A DNA stretch of 64,000 nt from a virus: IMG/VR virus record IMGVR_UViG_3300022751_000017, positions 1-64,000 of that record; one strand, written 5' to 3'. Numbering within the stretch: the stretch's first letter is position 1; every line of letters begins with the position of its first letter. The position numbers and the translations under genes were made by a program. Shown in pieces: positions 36,903-46,843 of the stretch. Under the pieces are notes generated by a model. It was not told where the DNA came from. It made no database searches and was given only the letters and a program-made list of their open reading frames with translations.

Positions 36903-38522
36903 TTATTTTTCTGGAACTTCCACTATTGCGCATTCAGTTGTTAGGAACATCCCGGCAACGGAGCTTGCATTTTCCAGGGACACACGAAGAACCTTAGCTG
37001 GATCTATAACGCCAGTGGCCAATAAGTCTGCATATTCATTTGTTTTGGCATTGTATCCAAAGTTGGGCGCCATTGATGTGCAGATATCATATTTTATAGA
37101 CGATATTTCAGATTGAGTGATGCCGGCGTTTTTTAGTATCTGTATCAAAGGTGCGGCCAATGATTCTACTATAAGATTGTATCCATGCACTTCATCTGTA
37201 GATTTTGATGAGGTATCTCCTATTGAGTTCTGAGCTTTCAGATAGGCTATGCCGCCACCAGGCACTATACCTTCTTCCAAGGCGGCCTTCGTAGCACACA
37301 GTGCGTCATCTACGCGATCCATCTTTTCTTTCACCTCTATCTCACTGAATCCACCTACATTAATGACCGCCATACCGCTAGTGAGCTTGGCCAGACGTAC
37401 CTCCATCTTAGGCCTTTCATAAGCGGTGATCTCTGTTCCATTGATGATGCCGCGGAGTTCTTCGGCTCGTTCAGATATTGCCAATTGATTGCCTCTTCCG
37501 CCTATTATAGTGGTGCTATCACGACCAACAACCACTTTTTCTGCTGACCCCAGCCATGCGTGTGTGCAGTCCTTAGGCTTCATGTTAAGGTCTTTATCTA
37601 TAACCGTTCCACCTACCTGGATGGCGATGTCCTGCAGCATTTCTTTCTGAGCCCCGCCGTATCCAGGCATACGTATAGCGCATGCTTTAATATTGCCTCG
37701 GACAGTGTTTATACTAAGGGTTGAGAGGGCTTCGCTGTCGGCATCGCTGCATATAATCAGCAATGAGCGCTTCTTGTCAGGTGTAGATCCTTTAGTGCAT
37801 ATTTCCATCACGCTTAGTATGTCAGTGAATGTACTTAGCTTATCCGGGCAAAGCATGATCAGTGGGTTGTCCAATATTGCTTCTGCTTTTGGCTTATCTG
37901 TTATGAATGCCGGGCTCAGATATCCTTTATCAATAGAAAGTCCGGATACTACTGACACAAATGTATCGGTGCTGCGGGACTCCTGTTTTTGTATCAGTCC
38001 ATCATTACCTACGCGCAGGACTGCATCAGCTATGTGTTTACCTATTTCTTCATCATTGTTCGCAGATATGGTAGCAATGCTGAGTACTTCCTGGCTGTCA
38101 TTGGCTATCTGCTTTGCCTGTAGCTTAATATTAGCTACAACATCGGCTACGGCATTGTCCATACCACGTTTTAGTTCTACTGGATTGGCGCCATTGGCAA
38201 CAAGCTTCATGCCCTCAGTAATGAGGTATTGGGTGAGCACTGTTGATGTGGTTGTACCATCACCGGCTTCGCCTGCGGTTTTACGCGCTACCGCCTTGAT
38301 CATCTGTGCTCCGCTATCCTCATAAGGATCTGATAATGTCCTGACGTTCTGCGCCACGGTAACACCATCCTTAGTTATGAATGGGTTCTGGCCACTATTT
38401 TGCTGTATGGTAACATTGCGTCCTTTAGGACCCAGTGTTACTTTTACTGCATCAGCTACCTTGTCTATGCCTGCCTTCATTTTGTTCCGGGCATCGGAAT
38501 TAAATTGCAATTGTGTGCTCAT
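36903..38522 (-). CDS. groEL: chaperonin GroEL (no C-terminal GGM tail)
   Basis: VTLGPKGRNV, ITKDGVTVA, AGDGTTT, EEGIVPGGG, GVIDPAKV. Confidence 0.97.
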   Translation of the reverse strand: MSTQLQFNSDARNKMKAGIDKVADAVKVTLGPKGRNVTIQQNSGQNPFITKDGVTVAQNVRTLSDPYEDSGAQMIKAVARKTAGEAGDGTTTSTVLTQYLITEGMKLVANGANPVELKRGMDNAVADVVANIKLQAKQIANDSQEVLSIATISANNDEEIGKHIADAVLRVGNDGLIQKQESRSTDTFVSVVSGLSIDKGYLSPAFITDKPKAEAILDNPLIMLCPDKLSTFTDILSVMEICTKGSTPDKKRSLLIICSDADSEALSTLSINTVRGNIKACAIRMPGYGGAQKEMLQDIAIQVGGTVIDKDLNMKPKDCTHAWLGSAEKVVVGRDSTTIIGGRGNQLAISERAEELRGIINGTEITAYERPKMEVRLAKLTSGMAVINVGGFSEIEVKEKMDRVDDALCATKAALEEGIVPGGGIAYLKAQNSIGDTSSKSTDEVHGYNLIVESLAAPLIQILKNAGITQSEISSIKYDICTSMAPNFGYNAKTNEYADLLATGVIDPAKVLRVSLENASSVAGMFLTTECAIVEVPEK

Positions 38523-38549
38523 ATTTTGGTTGTGGGATAAAAATGAAAA

Positions 38550-40235
38550 TTATTCTTCAGTAAAGGTAAGCAGGTCGTTTTGGTGCATCACCAGATGCTC
38601 GACACCATCTATAGCGATCTCTGCGCCGGCCATGCGTTTAAAGTACACGACATTACCCTCTGATACTATCATAGGTATCTTATCGGTGCCTGGGCCAACT
38701 CTTATAACTCTGCCTTTTACAGGGCGCTCCTTGGCATCCTCTGGAAGTATCAGGTGTGATTCTTTCTTATCTTCTATTGGCAGGATAAGAACTTTGTCTC
38801 CGAATGGCGTGTGTATTGTGTTGCCCATGTCGTCTTTGTGTGTTTTAAGTAAAATAAAATGTTCGTGTGCTATTATGAAGTTCTCTCCCAGCAGCGTTAT
38901 TGGGTATAGTTCCTTAAATGTTGCTACTATCTTTCGGTTACCTTTAATCGGGGTGCAAATGACAGCATGATTCTTATTGACATAGGCAGCTTTCTCAAGC
39001 GCATCCGTCTTTAGTCCTTCTATGCTCGTTTCCAATGCTTGCAATTCTTCTTTCTGTGCAGGGTCTGCAGGGTTAAGCATGCGGTGCTTGTTGGATAAGC
39101 GCTGAAATGTAGCAGTGTACTTACCTGCACCTTCTTTCTTCTTTTCAGCTATTATATTCTGAAGTGCCGGCAGTGTTTTTATATCATTGAACGTATAGTC
39201 CATGTTATGCAGTTCAGACCTTGGGATTTCTTTTTTCTCAAAAAGTTCAATCTCTGGCTTAAGAAATATGTTCCTGTCAAATGGTTTGATAGTGCTCAGC
39301 TGTGGTATTGGGTTTGTGGATAGATTATTCCTGGATTCCATCATCCCGAAGATTTCTCTTCCGTCATGTGAGAAACAGTTGATCATAATGTACGCATACT
39401 TTGATTTTCCATCTTTGCCTTTTTTCTCTCGGAGCATGCGGTACTGCTGGTGCTCTACCGTGTGATGGAGTATCGCAAAGCAGCCAGGGCGAAGCTTAGG
39501 GTACATCTTGGCTGCTTCTGAACCTATGCTGACAACTTTAGCATACTGCAGGTTGTACATCATGTGTATATATGCCTCCGGGCGTATCAGGCCACTTGCC
39601 ATTTCAAACCGGCTGCGCTTCTGCTCATTGATGTCTACGCGTACTATTATTTTGTGTGGCGCAGCCTTTTCATTTACTGAGTATATATCACGCTCAAATA
39701 ATACTTCCATGATGCGGCCATCGACATTAGCTGTGGGGTACATGCCTTGTTCTGCCTTCCTGTATTCTACTGTATCCCCTACCTTAAATAAAGAGCCTGG
39801 AGGGACCGCATGTATTATTCCTTTTTGAGGGACCCCCAGCGTTTCGTCAGGAATGATGATACCGCCATCGCTCACCATTTTGCCAGATAGTGGTTCAATG
39901 AATAGCCGGTTGAATGGAGTATTATCAACCGACCATATTTCGTTCTCAAAAAGCAGGTCCAGTTCTTCTCCTGCTATCTCTATTCCGCTGTACCGCTCCT
40001 CCGGGTTATTGCGCTCGATCTTGCGATAAGATACGTGTGCACCCACCGGTATTTCTGAGCCTTCGCAGTTGGAAATAACGACACCGGTTTCGCAAACCAC
40101 ATTTGCATCTTTTGGTATTTCGATACCGTGCTGGTTTACCACTGCAGGATGTTCGTCCGGGCGCACGATAAGGCGCCTTGATATTGCTCCGCTATTGTTG
40201 ATGTAGGGGATGCTGGTTAAATTATGTGTGTGCAT
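38550..40235 (-). CDS. groES: multi-domain co-chaperonin with about five tandem GroES domains
   Basis: canonical C-terminal GroES (PFGDKVLI..LILPEDAKERPVKGRVIRVGPG) preceded by repeats GIEIP..GVVIS, GGIIIP..KGIIHAV and SGLIRP..AKVVSIG. Confidence 0.8.
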   Translation of the reverse strand: MHTHNLTSIPYINNSGAISRRLIVRPDEHPAVVNQHGIEIPKDANVVCETGVVISNCEGSEIPVGAHVSYRKIERNNPEERYSGIEIAGEELDLLFENEIWSVDNTPFNRLFIEPLSGKMVSDGGIIIPDETLGVPQKGIIHAVPPGSLFKVGDTVEYRKAEQGMYPTANVDGRIMEVLFERDIYSVNEKAAPHKIIVRVDINEQKRSRFEMASGLIRPEAYIHMMYNLQYAKVVSIGSEAAKMYPKLRPGCFAILHHTVEHQQYRMLREKKGKDGKSKYAYIMINCFSHDGREIFGMMESRNNLSTNPIPQLSTIKPFDRNIFLKPEIELFEKKEIPRSELHNMDYTFNDIKTLPALQNIIAEKKKEGAGKYTATFQRLSNKHRMLNPADPAQKEELQALETSIEGLKTDALEKAAYVNKNHAVICTPIKGNRKIVATFKELYPITLLGENFIIAHEHFILLKTHKDDMGNTIHTPFGDKVLILPIEDKKESHLILPEDAKERPVKGRVIRVGPGTDKIPMIVSEGNVVYFKRMAGAEIAIDGVEHLVMHQNDLLTFTEE

Positions 40236-40252
40236 GAATATGTTTTTGAGTA

Positions 40253-40269
40253 ACCTGCAAAGTGCAGGT
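40253..40269. promoter_or_regulatory. operator copy 1 ACCTGCA-AAG-TGCAGGT
   Basis: identical 17-mer at three intergenic sites. Confidence 0.75.
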
Positions 40270-40728
40270 AAAGATATTGTAATTAATCAGAAGTGCAAAG
40301 GTATGCGGTTTTTTTTGCAGGGTAAAGCGGTTTTAAATTGTTTCATCCCGCGCAAACTGTGCCAAGCTTGCGAATGAAAGGTTAGCTATCAACTCAGGAA
40401 ATCAGTTTAGTTCGATGCCGCAAGGCTGACTTGATAAATTGAAAAGTATTATTCGGTAAAAATGCTGGCAATGTTTGGAAGGTAACAACTAGCAACGGAC
40501 AAGGCAGTGTGTGCTGCACCCAAAACACTGAATACCTATATGAGGAGTAGAAGTTGAGCGTAGCCTGATGTCATCGGCATTAATACAAAATGACATAAAC
40601 TTTTAACTGGTGCCTTACTATAAAGGGACTTGTTTGGAGGAAGACCTTTCTTTGTTGATAATCTAATATAAACCATTATATTTGCACTGCAACTCTTACA
40701 AATTGCAGTGTCAGTTCTCGCTGACTTA

Positions 40729-40764
40729 ATCCCCAACTGTGGCACTGGTTGGGGATAATTTTTT
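40729..40764 (+). terminator. terminator of a short non-coding transcript
   Basis: ATCCCCAAC/GTTGGGGAT plus T-run, downstream of TATATTTG at 40677. Confidence 0.55.
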
Positions 40765-40772
40765 CTTTAGTA

Positions 40773-40789
40773 ACCTGCACTTTGCAGGT
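40773..40789. promoter_or_regulatory. operator copy 2 (inverted) ACCTGCA-CTT-TGCAGGT
   Basis: 40 nt upstream of TAGTTTTG (40830-40837). Confidence 0.75.
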
Positions 40790-40853
40790 GCGACACTCGC
40801 CAATCACTATAATCACAATCATTAAAAAGTAGTTTTGTGCATAATACTACTTT

Positions 40854-41345
40854 ATGTCTGCATATAAGAAAGTCACAGCCCCCGTTCTATGGGATAATGA
40901 TAGTACATTCCAGGGTGGAAGGTACTACACTGTAAGTTCTTCTGCTATAGTAGTAGGAACTGTAAATAAGCCAACTGGTCCTGTTATCCCAGGTGTGAGA
41001 ACAATACCGGCATTAGTGCCTACGCTGCAGATAAAAGACCCGGAGTATAATGACCTATACCTTGCCATGACCTTTGAAGAGTGGATAGCATTAGTAGGTA
41101 TGGCCAACGGGAGTGCCGGGATACCGGAGTCAGTGACATTCACAGGCGGTGATACAATACCTGCCGGCAATACAATATCATCTCCGCTGCTTAAAAATAT
41201 TATTATTCTATCGGTAAACAAGAGCGGCATTAGCATTTACAATTACGTTTACACTAATGGATCTCCGAATGGCACGCTGAATCTAACAGCAGATGGTGGA
41301 TTGGCCGTGGATGAAAAAATACAAATAATCTATAAAAGGGCGTGA
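40854..41345 (+). CDS. putative virion protein
   Basis: 163 aa, beta-rich; first gene of the fibre/lysis operon. Confidence 0.55.
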   Translation: MSAYKKVTAPVLWDNDSTFQGGRYYTVSSSAIVVGTVNKPTGPVIPGVRTIPALVPTLQIKDPEYNDLYLAMTFEEWIALVGMANGSAGIPESVTFTGGDTIPAGNTISSPLLKNIIILSVNKSGISIYNYVYTNGSPNGTLNLTADGGLAVDEKIQIIYKRA

Positions 41346-43069
41346 TGAGAATTATACTGTTGATGTTGTCTTTATTGCTTGTTAATTCTCTGTCTTTCGG
41401 GCAAATAACTCCTTTTGGTAATAAAAATGGTACCGTGGAGGTATTGGGTGGATTACAGGCTGACAGCGCCTTGGGTATACCGGTTGTTCCAAAAGGGTAT
41501 ACCGGTTTTCAGAAAGGCATCACCACTACGGCCAGGCTGATTGCGGATATTAATGATACAATGCTGTATTTTATGCGCAAGGGCGTGTCTGTAAGGACAC
41601 TCACGCAGTTTGATAGTAATATACTGTATCCAACCCTATTTTTCGTTCGTAATAATTATATCCCCTCGTTCTTTATGGGTGTATCTAATGGAGTAGCTAC
41701 ACTGGATGCTACCGGGCGTGTGCCTATTGCGCAGATCCCAGCTTACCCTATCGGTACGACATATGTAGCAAGCAGCCTTCCTGAAATGTTGGCGTTGCCG
41801 GCTACGGTAGGATCCCTATGTGTAAGAACAGATAGTAATTATAGTTTCTCATTGGCCGCTCTGCCGGCTACATCTTATGCGAATTGGGTTAGGTTGCTTT
41901 TCCCTGCTGTGATGTCTTTTAATGGGCGAATGAATGTGGTGACACCTCTGAAGGGTGACTATAATACGGACTCTGTGCTTGAGGGCCCCATAAACAAATA
42001 CTTCACAGCAGCCAGGGCACAAGCCGAGATTGTAGCAGATACACCCACGTTCCTTGCTACCAAAAGTAATATTTCTATGCTTACCAGTGCTACCGGGCAA
42101 ACTCTTTTGGGTAGATACTCTGCTTCTACGGGCGCTGCGCAGTTTATAACCATAGGTTCGGGTCTTACACTTAATACAAGTACGGGCGTGCTTTCAGCTA
42201 CCAATACCGGGAGTGTGACCAGTGTTACAGGGACAACGAACAGGATTACTTCTACTGGTGGCGCAACTCCTGTGATAGATATATCTGCCCTGTATGTGGG
42301 CCAGACCAGCATAACTACACTGGGTACAATAGGTACAGGCACATGGCAAGGTACGGCGATTGCTAATGCATATATTGCCAATCCACAGGTTACAGTGAAT
42401 GGTTCGGCAATATCGCTCGGCGGTTCCGCAACCATATCCGCGGCGCCTAACGGAGCTGCCGGTGGTGATCTTACCGGCACTTATCCTAATCCAACGCTGA
42501 CAACCAGCGGCATTACACCGGGCACTTATGGCGGTGCTTCAGCAATCCCTGTTATTACATATAATGGTAAGGGAATTGCCACCAGTATTACTACTGTGTC
42601 GGTATCAGGAGGTGGCGGATCAGGCGTGACGAGTGTGACATCTACGGATGGCAGCTTATCTGTTACGGGCACAACTATAGTGAATGTAGCGGTCGCCCCG
42701 GTGCCTGTATATACTATAACAGAAACAAGGGCTTTTACGGTTACAGCAACCAATGGCCATGAGCAGCAGGTGACGCTTAATCACAACAACCCGACCGATA
42801 CAATTACATTGGCAGGATTTGGTCCAACAGCTGCCGGTGGTGCCGGGTTCATCAATCAGGTTGTGTTGAACATATACCAGGACGGTACAGGTGGTACGGC
42901 GGTTTATATAGCCGGTACGAATATACTGATACCCATGAACGGCACCAGCAGGTTAATGCCTGTATCAACCACGGCTAATGCCCTGGCTGCCCAGTGGGTA
43001 CTTACCTGGGATAAGCAGCTAAGCAAAGTAAGAGTTCTCTATACCTCAGATTTTATAACACCGCCATGA
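41345..43069 (+). CDS. tail-fibre-like protein with Sec signal peptide
   Basis: NGVATLDATGRVP, GTIGTGTWQGTAI, GGDLTGTYPNPTL and GVTSV fibre motifs; N-terminal SLSFG/Q. Confidence 0.75.
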   Translation: MRIILLMLSLLLVNSLSFGQITPFGNKNGTVEVLGGLQADSALGIPVVPKGYTGFQKGITTTARLIADINDTMLYFMRKGVSVRTLTQFDSNILYPTLFFVRNNYIPSFFMGVSNGVATLDATGRVPIAQIPAYPIGTTYVASSLPEMLALPATVGSLCVRTDSNYSFSLAALPATSYANWVRLLFPAVMSFNGRMNVVTPLKGDYNTDSVLEGPINKYFTAARAQAEIVADTPTFLATKSNISMLTSATGQTLLGRYSASTGAAQFITIGSGLTLNTSTGVLSATNTGSVTSVTGTTNRITSTGGATPVIDISALYVGQTSITTLGTIGTGTWQGTAIANAYIANPQVTVNGSAISLGGSATISAAPNGAAGGDLTGTYPNPTLTTSGITPGTYGGASAIPVITYNGKGIATSITTVSVSGGGGSGVTSVTSTDGSLSVTGTTIVNVAVAPVPVYTITETRAFTVTATNGHEQQVTLNHNNPTDTITLAGFGPTAAGGAGFINQVVLNIYQDGTGGTAVYIAGTNILIPMNGTSRLMPVSTTANALAAQWVLTWDKQLSKVRVLYTSDFITPP

Positions 43070-43911
43070 TCCGCCTACTCATTATATTGCTATTTATAGC
43101 AACCAATTCATTTGGGCAGGCTCAGCAAGTGCCAGCCCAGACGCAACGGTTCATGTCCACACTTAATGCTGTAGGGTATGCGCCAACGCTGCCAAATTTC
43201 AGGGATGCTTACTACTTGGGCATGCATCTATACGGCAATGTGACTCACGAGGGCCAGGTATATGTGGAGACAGATACGTTGCTGTTCTACTATTTCCCAT
43301 ATATAGGAAATACATCTGCGGCTTTGAGGGTTGATTTCATAACGTTGGCTTCAGGGTCATTCGTTGGTGGAGTTACCATCGGAACTGATGCATGGAATGG
43401 GAATGGGTCTTCAGGGTATTTCAATACGACAATTACGCCACCATCTAATATTGGCAGCTATCATCTTGGTGTATATTCCTTCACAAATGAAGCGGCTAAC
43501 ACAAAAGTTGATATAGGTAACTCTACGGGCAATTCAATTGCGCATAGATTCCTGATAAAAACCACGCTGGTGGCTAATCCATGCTTTATGCTTGCACTAT
43601 CCATGTCGGCCTCGGTGCCTACCAGTGCGCTGCAGAATGCCCCGGCATCAACAATAGGCCTTTTCATAGCAGCTAGATTAGCCTCAAACACTTCATTAGT
43701 TCAAGGATTTAAGGATGGTGTTGCTCTCCAGGCGGCATCTAATAATGCACCTACAACCGGCACTATTGGGGTGTCTTGGGTAGGGCATGACCAATCTGCG
43801 ACTTTTGGCTACAGCACAAAATCATATGGTGTTGCATTTGCCGGTAAAGCACTTACGACACCCCAGATATTAAGTCTTTCTCAAGCAGGAACATATAAAG
43901 TAACAAAATGA
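43066..43911 (+). CDS. secreted-type lectin/LamG-like receptor-binding protein
   Basis: signal peptide NSFG/Q; NGNGSSGYFNT...KALTTPQI. Confidence 0.55.
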   Translation: MIRLLIILLFIATNSFGQAQQVPAQTQRFMSTLNAVGYAPTLPNFRDAYYLGMHLYGNVTHEGQVYVETDTLLFYYFPYIGNTSAALRVDFITLASGSFVGGVTIGTDAWNGNGSSGYFNTTITPPSNIGSYHLGVYSFTNEAANTKVDIGNSTGNSIAHRFLIKTTLVANPCFMLALSMSASVPTSALQNAPASTIGLFIAARLASNTSLVQGFKDGVALQAASNNAPTTGTIGVSWVGHDQSATFGYSTKSYGVAFAGKALTTPQILSLSQAGTYKVTK

Positions 43912-44525
43912 AAAAATACATCTATCTGCTGTTAATGATATTGGGAAGTGCCCAGCACACTTTCGCACAGGCGCCACCACCACAATATTGGATAATAATC
44001 CCCCCGGACTTTGCTTTATCCATGCGTGATAGCATTGGCTGTAGCGGTGGTTGCGTATTTGCATGCGCAGTGGATACGTTTGGGCGGTATATAGTGGATA
44101 CATCTACCTCCCATTATTTTGAGGCAGCATTCGATACGATGTATGCGCATACAGGTGGGAGGCATATGGAACTGATCAATTACTACCAGATATGGCAAGG
44201 TGATCCTTACCAGGGCCAGATGCTGGTGGACATGCATATAAAAGTAAGGGATGGGTATATCCCACAAAAGGATACTGCAACAATATCAGGGAGCACAACC
44301 TATGTTCTACCGGCGGGGCGAGTGTTGCTACTATACAGGATAGTGCCGTCAGGGAGCACAACGATCACGGTAGGGTTGACACCCGGAGGGGATGAAATAT
44401 TCCCAGCTACTACCACCAGTCAGCCATTGACATTGCAATCCGGCATAACGTTCGATACAAATACAACTATTTATATAACCGTTACAGGAGGTACATCTTG
44501 TAGACACATTCGCCTTAAAGTATGA
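43908..44525 (+). CDS. fibre-associated protein with signal peptide
   Basis: HTFA/Q; C-terminal ITVGLTPGGDEI beta domain. Confidence 0.55.
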   Translation: MKKYIYLLLMILGSAQHTFAQAPPPQYWIIIPPDFALSMRDSIGCSGGCVFACAVDTFGRYIVDTSTSHYFEAAFDTMYAHTGGRHMELINYYQIWQGDPYQGQMLVDMHIKVRDGYIPQKDTATISGSTTYVLPAGRVLLLYRIVPSGSTTITVGLTPGGDEIFPATTTSQPLTLQSGITFDTNTTIYITVTGGTSCRHIRLKV

Positions 44526-45442
44526 GAAACATATTCATAACCGTTATTACCGTAGTTTGTGTCTGTATTGCGGCATTCATTTATATTACGGCCAGGACAG
44601 AAGCTCCGGCGCATGCGCAGACATCTGTGTATATGACAGATGTTCTGAAGCTGGGGTCAAAAATGGCTACATCACTCAGTGACGATACTACCGGTGCCAA
44701 CTGGACTACTCAATCACTAATTGAGGGCTATGCAATCAAGCGATATGTCGCAGGAAGGGTTGCTGCGACTGTAGCCTTGATACCAACCAACAATAATACG
44801 CTGTCCAATGGTGCCGGTTATATTACCGCAAGCTCAGCCTCGGCACTGACCAATAAGAGCGGGAATATATCTATGTGGACGAATGACATAGGCTATATTA
44901 CCGGCATAACAAATGCCCAGGTGGTATCTGCTTTGGCGTATACTCCTACACCTACAACCCGGAATCTCACTATAAATGGCTCTACTCAGTCATTGGCCTC
45001 TGATAGAACATGGACATTGACTACTGCAACTGTGGCGGAGAGTGGTAATCTATATTATACTGATACACGTAGTAGAGCAGCTGTATCTTTGACTACTACC
45101 GGTACCGGAGTTGCGACTTATAATCCTGCTACAGGTGTACTAAATATTCCGGCACCAAATTCCTACAAAATACCTGTACCTTATTCTGGAATTACTAATG
45201 GGTCTGGAGATTATACAGTTACATTTCCGGTTTCTTATTCAGTAGCTCCAAATATACAGGCTAATATAGTAGGTGGTACTGACTTGCAGCGATCCACAAT
45301 AACCACAATAACAACTACTGGATTTACAGTACATGTTGTTGTGCAGAATACTACAACCGTTGCGCTTGTAGGTCTTGTGCTTATACCCGGAACTGCTGCC
45401 GTGGTTGGAGCTAAGGTAGATGTGCTTATAACTGAGAAATAA
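44522..45442 (+). CDS. fibre-like protein with signal peptide or anchor
   Basis: LSNGAGYIT, VAESGNLYYTDTR, YNPATGVLNIP, VTFPVSYSVAPNI. Confidence 0.65.
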   Translation: MRNIFITVITVVCVCIAAFIYITARTEAPAHAQTSVYMTDVLKLGSKMATSLSDDTTGANWTTQSLIEGYAIKRYVAGRVAATVALIPTNNNTLSNGAGYITASSASALTNKSGNISMWTNDIGYITGITNAQVVSALAYTPTPTTRNLTINGSTQSLASDRTWTLTTATVAESGNLYYTDTRSRAAVSLTTTGTGVATYNPATGVLNIPAPNSYKIPVPYSGITNGSGDYTVTFPVSYSVAPNIQANIVGGTDLQRSTITTITTTGFTVHVVVQNTTTVALVGLVLIPGTAAVVGAKVDVLITEK

Positions 45443-45473
45443 TTATAACTAAACAATAAAATCGACCAAGCAC

Positions 45474-45800
45474 ATGTGCAAAGCAACTCGTTTAATGAAG
45501 ATTAAAGATTTCAACCTGTTTTCAGATGATGTGACAGGAATTAATGGTGATGGCATACCAGTAGGCAAGCTGCCATTTTTGCTTGCCGCATACCCTACTA
45601 TGTTTGCTATAGCACCAGATACTGATGGTCAACCTACATTATTTGCGGAGGTGCCGGTAGGTGAAGGCTTGACGTTGAACACTACCTCTATGGATCGCGT
45701 GGCTACTGAGGTACATTCTGTAGAATTTAATGGTGATAATGTACCACTGCTTATCAGACTATTTGGTGCATGGACTAAGCCAAAACCTAAAGTATCGTGA
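45474..45800 (+). CDS. hypothetical protein
   Basis: 108-aa ORF in operon. Confidence 0.55.
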   Translation: MCKATRLMKIKDFNLFSDDVTGINGDGIPVGKLPFLLAAYPTMFAIAPDTDGQPTLFAEVPVGEGLTLNTTSMDRVATEVHSVEFNGDNVPLLIRLFGAWTKPKPKVS

Positions 45801-46123
45801 GGAGATGGGAGCCATTTGTCTGGTGGGGTGTTCTTGCATGTGGGTTCCTCATGGAATATTATAAGGGAACTGACAAAGTCCCTGTTTTTGATGCCATGGG
45901 GAGTGCAATGTTGATTTTTGTCGGACTATTTGGGAAAAACAACAATCTTGTAATTGCATGGTATATATTATTCTTAGGGATAGGCAAGGCATTTGACGCA
46001 ATACAATACCCTTATTTACAAATAGATCATAATGTAGCAGAGATAGTTAACATTATATTTAGCACGATTGGAGCGATAATACTATGGATTAGGAGAAATT
46101 ATCACCATGATACAACAACATAG
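45797..46123 (+). CDS. multi-TM membrane protein (lysis region)
   Basis: 3-4 hydrophobic segments. Confidence 0.6.
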   Translation: MRRWEPFVWWGVLACGFLMEYYKGTDKVPVFDAMGSAMLIFVGLFGKNNNLVIAWYILFLGIGKAFDAIQYPYLQIDHNVAEIVNIIFSTIGAIILWIRRNYHHDTTT

Positions 46124-46496
46124 AAGAATGGATACTCCTAAAGCCCATGTTACAGATATATTAATGAGGATACTTGCATGGGCCTGGATGGTTTTACCTC
46201 CGGTGATTATAGGTAATCTCACACTATGGTCTGCAATGGAGGTTTCAGAGAAACGCTTATCCTGGAGAGGCAGGTTTTTCATAGTTCTAGGATCTCTAGG
46301 TCTTGCATCAGTGATGCATAGGGTTTGTGAAACGTACCAGCTGCAAAGGCATGAGTGGATATGTATATTCCTTATAAGCTTCGTGAGCCAGCATATCCTA
46401 AAATTTGCCTACGCTGAATTGGGTGGCATAATGAAGGATGCGGTAAGAGCGCAGCTGCAGCGATTTGTTAAGGGTCTTGATAAAGAAAAAGAATAA
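46107..46496 (+). CDS. holin-like membrane protein
   Basis: 3 TM helices, charged C-terminus. Confidence 0.55.
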   Translation: MIQQHRRMDTPKAHVTDILMRILAWAWMVLPPVIIGNLTLWSAMEVSEKRLSWRGRFFIVLGSLGLASVMHRVCETYQLQRHEWICIFLISFVSQHILKFAYAELGGIMKDAVRAQLQRFVKGLDKEKE

Positions 46497-46507
46497 AAAC
46501 AATAATC

Positions 46508-46843
46508 ATGCATAGTGACTTAACTTTACTGGGTCTTGGAATGGCAGGGGTGTTATTGCACTGTCTTATCAAGATAAGCAAATTAAAAAAGACGAATAGT
46601 TTCAAGTTCGCTACCTATTTTAGTATGGAGTGGCCGACCATATGTATATCAGCTATAGTTGTCGCTATAGCCATAGTGTGCAAGCATGAGGTTACTCAGC
46701 TGGATCAGGCGAAAAACTGGCTCGGTATCGGGTTTGTATCTATTGGCTATATGGGTCAGTCCATATTGATAACCGTGATGGGTCGTGCAGAAGCTATATT
46801 GACAAGAAAAAAAGAAGAAATTGAAATTAAAACAGGTCTATGA
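46508..46843 (+). CDS. holin-like membrane protein
   Basis: 3 TM helices; IGYMGQSIL. Confidence 0.55.
   Translation: MHSDLTLLGLGMAGVLLHCLIKISKLKKTNSFKFATYFSMEWPTICISAIVVAIAIVCKHEVTQLDQAKNWLGIGFVSIGYMGQSILITVMGRAEAILTRKKEEIEIKTGL

Noticed and set aside
37693-38970. Plus-strand ORFs of 210 and 197 aa
   Set aside because: Antisense shadows of groEL and groES.
40253-40789. Invertible promoter segment between the inverted 17-mers
   Set aside because: The sites are short palindromes with a third copy elsewhere and fixed promoter spacing, and no invertase was recognised; an operator fits better.
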